A stretch of DNA of 64,000 nucleotides from Amphiscolops sp. MND2022. Its lineage: Eukaryota. Position numbers and translations under genes: made by a program. Location: assembly GCA_964187785.1 (NCBI GenBank), contig OZ076409.1:310001-374000 (forward strand), read 5' to 3'. Numbering within the stretch: the first letter of the stretch is position 1; every line of letters starts with the position of its first letter. Below are positions 10,376-22,300 of the stretch, one piece after another. The notes under the pieces are model-generated. The model saw only the letters and a program-made list of their open reading frames with translations, made no database searches and was not told the DNA's origin.

Positions 10376-13300
10376 GTAGAATAGACCCCACTTGGCACAC
10401 GGAGCTGACTAACCTCACCCACAGAACCCTCTCCAAACAGTCTCCCTCCAAACCACCCACAGCACGATCTCGACAAACAGGTGAGGTGACGTAGATAGAA
10501 GGAGGCTACACGATGCCATTCCATTCGGTTAATGAAATGGAAATAACAGCTGCTTATGAGGCGACGCTTTAAAGTACCTGCAGTGACGTGTGTCAATCAC
10601 ACTTTTATGTCACTTCAATTTAGTTACATTAATCTAGGACTTGCTTAAGCTACATGTATTTTCTTTGTATATACTGTTATGCTGTTAGTAAAACATTTCA
10701 TACGATAGACATCAGTTGAACAGGTATCATCCCATACACTCTTTTACATTACTTAATGACTAGGGATGGCATATTATGCTCTAAAAATCATCGTTTTATG
10801 CGCATACGTTTGCTCCATACAAGTCCAGATTACGCCATTTTATGCTCTAACGTTTTGTTTTATGCTACATACATGTACATGTCTTTCCTCAGCAAAAGAA
10901 CAAATGGCCTGAAGAAATATCTTAGAAAAGAAAAATGGAAGAACCATTTCAATTCCATTGAGGGCTTAACACTTATTTATTGCAAGGGTACAATGATGTA
11001 CAATATTTTCTTTAGTGAGTCGAAGCCTTCTTCCTCTTAAAAAGGCCTGGTATTGACTGAATACTCTTTCCACTTCCATTGCCACAACCGGTGCCTTCTG
11101 AAGAAGCAGTTTCTCCTGCAGACTGTACTCGTCGAGATTGTTTTCGTACAAACTTTTTAACCCCTCATTCTTGCCGAGCAAATCTTCCAGTTTTTCATCG
11201 TCCAGCATGTCAAAATCGAGCATTTCACGAATTTGGTTAAAACCATTCATAGCTTTCTCGACTGTACCATTTCTGGCTTCCAGTGAATTAGTAAGATCTA
11301 AAATTACCAAGTATTTGGCACCTAATTCAAGAAATTCACTTGCCAACTCCACCTTTTTTTCTGATAGTAAATTTTTCAATTTTCTCAGAGCCAACGAGTT
11401 ATCTTCTAACTCATCAATAACTGTTTTTCTCAAGGTTTGAAAGTATTCGAGGTAATATTTCACGGCCGAAAACCATGATCACGACCTAGTAATGAGAGGC
11501 TCGGGTGGGGCTGGACGTCAAAACCCGTAGTCTCAATGGTGCCTTTCGAAAAACCTTCATGGTCAAAAAAATCATGTCATTTACGACAGAAAATATTTCC
11601 ATTATTTTTTCCGCGACACGGTTGATATTGTGAGCGACGCAAATTACATGTAATAACTTTGGCATAAATACCTTGAGCGAACTAAGCGCTTTGATCATAT
11701 AACTGGATCCATCTGTTATACAAACAAAATATCATCGAAATGTAGCCCAAGTTTTTGAATGCTTTCGTGGACATATCTAGCAACGGTTGTACTGTTGGTG
11801 CGTTCTTGACCGACTGTTGGTGTAATGTTGCCGAGAAATCACTTTCCATGACCGAAAAATCCGACAACACAATTTGCAACATAGCGCACGGTGCAGTCCG
11901 TAGTCTCATCGAAAGATGTCCATACCTTCTGATCTCGCAGAGCTGCTTGTATCTTTGCCATTTTCTGGTCGTAGATGTTGGATGCGCTGTACGCGAAAAA
12001 ATGTTTGCTTGTGAATTTTGAGAAGATAATTTTTTCTTTTCTCTTTGTCCACTTTGTGGAGAGGAATATCCAGTTCAACAAACAACTCTGTAATTTCTTC
12101 TGCAAGTGTTTTTTCTTCGGCCACAGGTAAAAGCTGTTGCGATAACGGAGATGAAGATTTTCTTGATGCTTTTTTCCATTCATATGGTTGATAACAGTAG
12201 AACGCTTCTTAAAGTCAACTGATACTCCGCAATGTTTACATAGCATAACATTTCCATCCCTTGTAAAGCACTGAAATTCTCAAATAAATCCTCTGATTTT
12301 TACTGAATCGCTTTTTTGGATAGGCGGCATTGTTGTGTAGAGGGGTAAGAGCAATACGTACAGCAGCTGTGGAAAACGTTTTAGTGTGCGTCGGCGTGTC
12401 TTGCTGCACGCTGCACTTGTCACATTCATCACCAGGTTTCTATTGGACCGCTATCGCAACTCCTATTGCTGAGAAATTGAAATATATGCTTTAGAAAATA
12501 AAATTATTCTCTATGCCACAATGACTTGTAATTATGCCTTTTCTTGCTTTCTTATGCTTTAAGCATAGTATGCCATCCCTATTAATGACTCAGTCAGACT
12601 AAGCACTTAGCCAGAGATATTGCTAATGACAAAGAGGAAAGAACCCGATTGGGTAAATCTGTTGGAAAGACAACATGATATAACGAACGACTTAGCGAGC
12701 AGAAACTAAATATCTCCGTTTTGGAGGCGACTGATAGCTAGGGGGGACCAACAATAGCACTAACAAACGTTTTTATAGCGCTATTAAATAGCACTCAAAA
12801 AACTTTAAAATAGCACTAAAAATAGCACTTAAAATTGATTTTTTTGTATTTTACTCGCCCAAAAACTATTGAAAAAACAATTACTTGGATGCATATTGTT
12901 AATTATTCAGATGAATTAACAAAGCCAATTACATAATCAGGCAAATTTTCGTCTGCAAAGTTTCTATCTGATGCCAAAAGTTTTCTCAATTTTGAAAATG
13001 ACCTCTCAATAACAGCATCGGACGCTGGAGATCTTTGTAACAGAGATATAATGTTTGGGTCACAATCATCAGGTGGATCAATGAGCTTTTGTAGATCAGG
13101 CATTTTCGAAAGTCGGCTTTTCAGGTAAACAAGTATATCTTTTGCAGCTTCTTCGTTTTCGATAGTTGTTACCCAAGACTGGATTTTTTGATAACCTTGT
13201 AACTGAGTGCATTCGTGGTGTTCTAACTGAAGTATAAGTGCAGGTAATTCTGCGTACACTCGAGAAATTTCAACAAGCTGTGCGGCAACCCCGGGTGCTG

Positions 13301-16300
13301 AAAAAGCAGCAATAACTTTTGTCACCAAAACACCCTCTCCTTCAAATCCCAACACAATTTCGCGTACTTGAACCCAGTGCTCTGCATACCACAAGGCTGC
13401 CGTAATCCATGTACCCCATCGTGTAGTAACTGGATCGGGTACTGATCCCAAGTCCTTGAAATAGTCAGCCCGGGTTTTATTTTTGATTGTACAGGCTTTT
13501 AACGACGAAATGATATCGTTAACCAACGGGTATGTTGACTGAATCTTCATGGCAACATTATGCAGCAAGTGACATAGGCATGTCAAATGGAACATCCCAG
13601 GATAAATCACCGAAAATAAACAAAAAAATCATTTCAAAAATCACCATTATATTCTTTAAAAAATGATAAAAATACTAACCTTTAGTTTTTCACCGGCTAA
13701 TTTGCATTTCACTGGCCTAATCTGCATCAAAGGAGTTGGTTGATAATGTGCTTGTAATTGTCGAAGAACTAGCTGTTCCTTGGCGTAATTTATTTTGGTG
13801 TACTCCACAAGCACGGTGGTTGTCGATAGCAAACTTTTTGTCCGAGTTAACGGGCTTGTCGCATAATTTACAAATTAATTCTCCGTTTGGTAAAACACGG
13901 AATTCCGATGGATATTTTTGAGCATAAATTGAAGATTTCTCATGCTTAGTAAGCAGTATTTTAGGCATAGTTGATCTTAAAATACAACAAAGATGAGTAG
14001 GCGTGTTATATTTATTTGCTTTATGCATTCAAGGTGTCCAACAAAATAAGTAGTAAGTAAGTGTATGTTTATTTATCGTGTGAAATAATATTGGTTTTCA
14101 GGCGACAGACAAAATAGCAATTAAGTTCAAAATGTAAGAGAAAATAGCATTTATAGCATTAATAGCATTTATAGCATTTGGTTCCCCCTACTGATAGCAA
14201 AAGAGCAATACTCTTGTGGCGCAGATTTATCCAATTTATAAAGATGACATGTGATATTGACCTGAAACTTATGTCTAACTCACAAGAGATACTACCGGCC
14301 TACCGGGACAGGTTTGAAGATCACCAAGATCAAGACACTTTTGTTTGGGCGCTGGGCCAGTCAGCTATACACGACATGACGAAGGTGGTACGAGAAACAG
14401 ACACGTCCTCATTACCAATGAAGAAATATCAACAACGGAATATTCAGCTCAAATTTTGTTTCAATGATTGGCAAAACTAGATACAAAAATCGAGAAAAGC
14501 AACAAACAAGATTGCTATATTCACCGAAGTAATTCGTGAGTACATATACGAAAATGCAAATAGAATTTCCGATTTACAAGATGACAAGAATGTTCGATAT
14601 TGGACGATCAAAAACGATCAAAAATAGGAGAGGCCTATAAAGGTGACACTGCAAAAACAGGAACGCTTAAAAAAGCGGATTGTATGAAGCGCGGTGCATT
14701 CAACTGGAGACGAATCCCTGGGTGACCAGCAAAATCGTCAAAATGCATAGGATACGGTGGAATAGGCCATCCCGCAAATATATGCTTGTCAGCAAAAAGT
14801 AAACAATTCATCACCGAGATTAACGGAAAGAAGGAAGAAGGTCACTAGTGCAGAAGAAGAAGAAGACCAGTGGTGTAGAATCAGAATCGAAATCATTAGC
14901 AAACAATTACAAGCGAATGGATATCAAGACCAAAACCATTCAAAGTTCTACCACGTGACGGTATTTGTTGTTAACCGAATTTTCAAATTCACAATCATTC
15001 TAGACAGTGGCAGTCCAGTCACTTGGAGTGCTTCCAGTTACAGAAGTGCAAATTAAACCACAACATGCAAATTGGACCGATGTTGACACGCTGAAAAGAC
15101 GCCAGTGATATTCATGTTATTTCATATTACCGTTTACTATAGGCTTTTCGAAACATTCTACAGTTTCATATTGCAAGACAGAATTGATGCCACACTGGCG
15201 AATAACCATCAAGCATGACTGGATGACATCATCGTCGTCACAAAAAGCAACGAGGAAGCGCCGCATAAATGAGAAACCATGGAAACGATGATCAAGTTGT
15301 GGCAAGCCGGGTACAGAATCAGTTGAAAACAACAACATTTATTGTAAAACATATTTGCATTCTTTAAAAATTACTAAAGAAGGAAGTTCTTTGGAAACGG
15401 ACTGAAGGATACACAGAAGCGCTCGAAAGCTTGAAGACAAATGTCACGGAGAGAACATAGCAAGGTGGGAATTCAAAGCACCTGCTCTCCTAGGTTGTTT
15501 TTATAGGATAGACAAAGGTACCTGTCATGGACATTCTGGTTAGGAAAATCATTGTTTAGATGGTCCTCATCCTGTCCATTTCTCAAGTTGCTTCTTGCGT
15601 TCGTATTTCGCTGAACTTCGGAAATCGGTTCCGGTCTCTCAGACGGAACGTCCCATCCCTTTCTGATCCCGTGTCCTGATCCGGCCATAATAACATTTTG
15701 AATCTGTGGAAGTACTTGAGTACTTATTGCATCACTTATCGCTCTTTGTATTTGGACACTCACAGAGTTCATCATTTCGTCCATCTCTCGTGAAATACGA
15801 GAATTTAATTCACTTGACAATCTATTCATCTCAGCACTAGAGTTAGCCGTAGCTGAATTGCGGTCAAACTCGGCATTAATACCAGAGTTGGTAGTTCTCT
15901 GATTTCTACTCATATTCTCATCTTCATTTTTGGACTCATTACTAGCGAAACTTCTGGATCTCCTGGTAGATTGCTATTTAAACTACCGTCCCTCTCTCTT
16001 GTGTCAAAGTGGTTCTCACCTAACATGATATCTAAGTTCTCAATATCAGACAACATTTCAAGTCCTCTCGACTTTCTAGCTTTCTTTTGCTTTCTAGTTG
16101 TAGGCATTGAAACGAACCTGGTCAAATATTAAATTATTTAACACCAGGAAACAGTATCTTGTAGAACGTTTGTAACGGAAGGTTAAATTTACAAACTGGG
16201 TTTGAGGAGCAAAACGAGAATTGTGTCTGCCCAAGGAAGTAGCTCCTATATATACTGCCTTGGGCGGGATATTCAGGATAAAAATACTCGAAAAATGTGA

Positions 16301-19300
16301 CAATAACATTCCGAAAGCGCCTGATATACATATTTGTGTGGACATCTAAGTGCCGCCGAAATGTGGTTGGAAGGGTCACGCGACCGTTCAAATTCTTTCA
16401 CTCACAACACAAGCAAACATTTGAAAGGTGCGAGAAACATCAAGCAGGTTATTAAGTCACAAGCATCTAAGGAATGTCAACAATCCCGTGTCGGCACGTG
16501 CCTACACAAGTGGACTGTTCTGGTAAATAACTACTACAACTGCATATTACTGCACACGTCTATTATGCCTAATACGGCCACAACTCATATAAATCAACTT
16601 GACAAATCAGCCAAATCAATCTATGAGACTGTCATCTAATACTACAACATGAATCGTTATTAATCGCATCGATTAATTTAGAGAGGCAGATAATAGTTTC
16701 TGGCATGAAAACAGCAGCACGTGACATTAAAAGCATGAGGGTACATACATTACTCTATTTCGACACTTGGATAGCTGATTTCAAAAGTAGCCGAAACCGG
16801 CCACTATCCATCTAGTCTTACTAACAAAAAATAATAATCCGGCAATTGGCCTTATTCGGCGAATTATTAGAATAAAGTGTGAAACTGCAAAAATGGGTAT
16901 TTATTTAACATGAAAGGCACAATTACCCAATTATCAATCAAGTGCATGCATGTTAGGCAGTTTATCACTCACAAGCGCAAGACGGCCGGAACCGGCCATT
17001 TGACCAATGTACTAGACAATAAAGGCAGAATTACGTCACGTGGCCTAAACCGGCCAATTGGTGAATACATTAATAGCACCACCAAATGAGCGAACATGAT
17101 TGGTCAGCATAACGAGCTCAAGTGACGTTTCCGAAATTGGAGTTACGTTCACTTGAACTTGTTTCCTTCACGCTGCATAGCTGTTTCAATTGCTTCAATT
17201 GTTTTCATTATTATACTGCATTTTCAAATTTGATAATCACAAGCATCTCATCTTAATTTCTCGATTGTTTGCCTTAACAGACTAATACTAACACAAATAT
17301 GTACAAAACGAAAAAATGAATAACTTCAATGAATGCAACACATAAATTAATGAAACGTAAAAGCTTAAGTTTTTGATTACTTCCCTCTAGTAGATGGGTA
17401 AGGTGCCGACAGCTGTCTCCTGTCCCTCCGCCGTTGTCGTGATTTTTGTACCGTCACAGGCGGCAGTCTGCGACAGTACCCAACAATTGATACTGCACGT
17501 TTAGTTGTCGTGTGGTGATTACAACACTACCGATAATACAATTGCGTTCAACCGATAAAACTGCTAACAGATCCGGCAGATCTTCAAGCGTCAGAACCGT
17601 TAACAAATGGGTACGCTTCAACCGTCGGAGCAGCTAAAGACAGCGTTTTGGAATGTATAGCAGACGGTGCGCACTTTTCTACCTGTTAAATTGGACCGAA
17701 TGAAGGAATGCAATTGGATTTCGTTGGATCAAAAACTGAAAAACACCGAACGTTTTTCATTTTGCTGTCCATTGATCTGTATAGTAAATATCCAGCGCCC
17801 CGGTTTGCCAAGCTACTGATGTAAAGCGGCGGTTAAACTTTAAACTTTTCGAAGAAAACAGTCAGCTAAATGGAATACTGAAGTGTATTAGAACTGAAAA
17901 AGGTACAACTCTAAAGCGTCGAATTTTTAGACACTACTGTAAAAACTTCACTACTGCGGATGTACCGAACTGATGTACGGAACGCAGTTCATACACACGT
18001 CCAAGTTACACACGGTCAAAAGAGGCATTTGTTCCTCAAAAGAAAACGTTTCAACCAATTTAAACGCAGTTGCAAGTTATAGCAAAGCATTCGACGTGAC
18101 GTTAGCGCTAATGTTAAGAATGCCTTGATACACGGCTGAAACAATCGTGGTATGAAATACATTACAGAAGAAAGCCGATTTGAAAATTCAACGATTCTGC
18201 CGAATTCTGCTACAATCAATGGTTAGACTATTTGTCCTAATTCGGCTACACAAGAAAACGGTGCAAATCTTCATCGGCGAGAACCTAGGTAGCTACCGTC
18301 CTCCATCCGAGAAAGTAGGTGCAACCTACTTTTCACAAAAGCGAGCGCGGAAAAGCAGCATAAAGCTAGTTAGTAATTACTTGTTTTTTTGTTGAAAATA
18401 TTAAAAGAGAATGTTGGAAAGTTAGCACATCACAAGTCGTAACCTCTGGTGCTCCTTGCAGAATGAAGACCGCATGCAGATGACAGGGTTCTGTATAGAA
18501 AACTGATCAAAAATACAAGGCCTAATGTTGTTCAGGACACCAATTCATACTAAATGGGCAAAGCGGAGAAGATGGTAGATTCCAAAACCAAGACCGTTCT
18601 CTGCAAACCAGGGACGACCAATCAGCAGTACACTAGCTGCTCAAGACTTCAACGGAGAACCATGCTCCACTGGGCCACCAAGAGACTCGTGTGGACATCA
18701 AAACTTTGCAGGAACCTGGAAGACTTGCGACTGGATTTCCGGACAGAAGCAGTGATTGCTCAAATACAGTGTCCCTCGTAAATTTGTCAGGCAAACTGCT
18801 AGACGAAACCAGCGTATGGGTGTTAACAGCGTTTATAATTACAAACGAACAACTTAAGTCAGTTCCAAAAGACGTTTCTGAGAACTGGCAGGAAGTCAAA
18901 TAAAGGAAAATATCGGTAAAGAGAAATTTGTTCTTTCATAGATTCCACCCAAAGTGAAAGGAGAAGAGAATAGAATAAAATAAACATGTCTAATTGACAA
19001 TTTGAAGGTGATCTAAAATTGAACACCGAGTTTGAACCTGAGTTTGTCGTACTGACTAGAGTAACAGGAACCAACCCAAGCAGATCAAAGCTTAGCACAA
19101 GCCAATCCGGACCTACGTTACAATAATATGCCATTCTGTATAGCCAGTACAGGGAAAAACCGAAAACCGCCTTAATACGAGAACGATGGGATCTGTATCA
19201 CAAAAGGATGAAGATGGTATTGAAGCAACTAGTCCGCACAATGCAACTAGCCACCTTCTATTGGGCCATTCACAAATGTCATAACGCTTGCGGCTACAAT

Positions 19301-22300
19301 CCACTCTGCACCAGTCATTGACTGTAATGACCTCCCACTTGGGTCATTTCATTCAATTCCGTTGGTCTGGACGTGGCGGCCATATTCTCAGGGTTGGTTT
19401 CGTTTGTTTCCGAAATTGTAGTCCCGGGCACTCTGCCGGAAAACGTATCGTTTTTGGAATATAGGTTTTCTATCATCTTGAGGATTTCTCTTTGATTTGT
19501 TTCAGTTTCTTTTATTATCCTGCTGACGGACATTTCAACCTTTTCGGAGTTTCAGAGAAGATTTGTCCGAAATGCTTGCGAAATTTTTAGTCCTCAGACT
19601 CGCAGCCTCGGGCTCGTCCAGTGAAGTAGTTAAAGATTCTCTTCTAGCCTTTCTTTTGGATGATCTTTCAGGCATTCTATTTCTCACTTTCATTTCGTTC
19701 TGGAGTTTTAAGTTTCAATTCTCTTTCAAAAGTGGAAAATTGGAGGTTTTGAACAGATTAATTAGTTCTTTTGATTCAACAAGGAAAAAAACGAGTTGAC
19801 GTTTTGTTCAACAAGGAACAAAAACGATATCAAATCAAATGTACGAGTTTGCAAATTTTCGAATGATCACAACACAAATTTAACAGGTATTTATACCCTT
19901 CGCCCATCAAACCCCGGAAATTGCACGCGCACCATTCATGTCTTGTTCAGTCCGGCGCCTTTCCAAGGCGGAGAAAGCGGAAGCTCCGATCACCTCCGCC
20001 TAACTCAGACTCTCAGTTTGTTCATGCTTCCCGGGGGAAGCAAGCTTCCACTTCCCGTCTGAGTTGCGGCTTTGCTTCTCTTCGCCTCCAACTCCCGCCT
20101 CTTAGAGACGCCCAAACTGAACTTAGCCAAGGAATTACGCGCGTGATTCAACAAGCGCTTTTTTGTGAAAAAGGAAAAAATAAAATACATCATGACACTC
20201 AATATACAAAAAGGAAATAATCCTTTCCTAATTAAATTTAAACAATTTTAACAAGCATTCTGAACTTCAAACGACACAATTTCGCCTGATTTCAAGAGCA
20301 TTTCCGGGTATAAAATCATTAGGTTACCCAAATCTCAGGTCCAGACAGTGGCCTGAGGCAATCAACTGTTCAACAACATTTACATGCATACTTCACATTT
20401 CAAAAGTATATGATAAACACAAAAACATCCAAAACAAAATTTTTAAGTACGTTGTTTAGTCGAAAATAATACTGGTTTAGCATCAATGCAGCAAATTCTT
20501 TCTTCCAAAGTATTTGAAGAATCTTCATTTTAGACCGCGTCCTGGGACGTGGTACATAACCTTTATATATTTATCACAAATATCCATTTATTTAGGACAA
20601 TTACATCGAAGGCGTCACTTCAATTATTCATTTAACACTTTGACAAGTTTACACAGAATCATTGGTTGCGTATTTGCTGTTAAATAATAATGTAAAGCAC
20701 ATTTCGTTCTGAGGCCGCCTGCCAGGCCACGGGACTGCTTTTCTAAGTTTCAGGCCGTTTGCCGGGCCGCGTTCTGCGTTCGTTTAATAATCGTATAGCT
20801 CCGTTTTAATTCTATTAGCTATCAATTAGCTTTGTTCTCTGTTGTTGATTTTTGCAGAGTAATGTATACTTGTTAACTGACTATTATATTTAAAAATTAT
20901 TATGAATATTTTAGCTCCGTTGTTGTATTTTTAGAATGACATATTGGTTGTTTATTGTTTTGCCTACTGTTTCTTTCTTCTTTCCTCTCTTTTATTCCCA
21001 TTTTCTTTCTCCATAGACTGAGCTCAGCTTCTTGAAGTGTTCACAGCTAAGCTGGGACTGTGACACTGACAGCTACAAACCCCGATCAACCGGACTGACA
21101 AAGTTGGCGTTAATCAGTCGTTATTCTTACGACGTCCGTGCATTTGGTTGTCATTTGGTTCATTGGTTAACCTTTAGTCAGAAAAGAGAAAGGAGAAATA
21201 AATATCAGAACTAACACGTCTCATTCAATATTTTATGTTAGCTACAATAATTTAGAACCTGCCGAGGAATGTTATTAATTTATGTTGTTATGTTGTTAGT
21301 GAAACATTTGATATAGAAATCAGATGAACACGCAATGGTATGCGGAAAACTCGTCGAAAACAACTCGCCGAATGCAACTCGTCGAAAACAACTCGTCGAA
21401 AATAAAGGGCGGAAAACTGGTCGAAAATTAACTCGTCGAATGATAATTAAGTGCAAACTCGTCGAATACTTACAGGTTACCCACTGGGATGATTCAGTTC
21501 TAATTATGATTTTATTTTCGTTAATTGATGCGTAAAATCTTAAGTTTTACGCAGAATATAGCCCCTTTTTAGTTATATAATTGCTTGAAATGATTTACTT
21601 TTATAGTTTACAGTGTAATACTTCATAATAATTTAGAACTCCATAACACGGTATGATCACAAAGCTAGCAATATATTTGCCTGAGATTATTTTCTATTCT
21701 TGCGACGAGTTTTCCGCCGGAGAATTTTCGGCGAGTTGCTTTTCGACGAGTTTTCCGCCTAGTATTTTCGACGAGTTGTTTTCGGCGAGTTGTTTTCGAC
21801 GAGTTGTTTTCGACGAGTTTTCCTAGATTCACACGCAATAAAGTATTAGAGTTGAATTGATTTCGCAAGACTGTCATGGCTCCCTAATGGTTTTTCAACA
21901 ATAGCAGTGAATTGTTTTCGACTCATATTTCGAGATGAAAACGAAATTGCAAAGCGAGCGGCTTTTCTACTTTGGCTTGATCTAGTTTTTTTGCCCATTT
22001 TTTCAGAGGATCTTCCACAGAGTTAAACTAGCAAGGGAAAAGATTTCAATTAATTGTACGTTTGGAAATGTTTGAAACTTTTGAAAGTGCCCAAAGACAC
22101 TCCAAAAGGACTTCATTGATATTGAAATCTTCAAACAGTTTGTATTTTTATGCGAGTATATATATCCTTTGGTCATGTCTTGAAAGTTGATTTACTACTT
22201 TTTCCTATGGAATAATTGGATAATTGTAGCCATCGCACCTTGTAAATGCTCAACTATCACAGTGACTAGTTTTTCTCCAGGGCTCACACAGAACAGTAAA

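Larger units (their letters stand above)
12600..18250 (+). pseudogene. Heavily decayed Ty3/Gypsy LTR-retrotransposon gag-pol, interrupted by the hAT at 12739 and the solo LTR at 15523
   Basis: Gag-like frame is continuous across the hAT TSD (KLNISVLEATDS|KRAILLWRRFIQFIKM); protease IILDSGSPVT near 14995-15025; RT A*LDDIIVVTK near 15212-15245; RNase H/integrase-like remnants to ~18200. Boundaries approximate. Confidence 0.65.

Noticed and set aside
10125..10460. ORFs with HTHTHT / VCVCVC runs
   Set aside because: Translation of the TG microsatellite; only 10376-10480 has splice signals.
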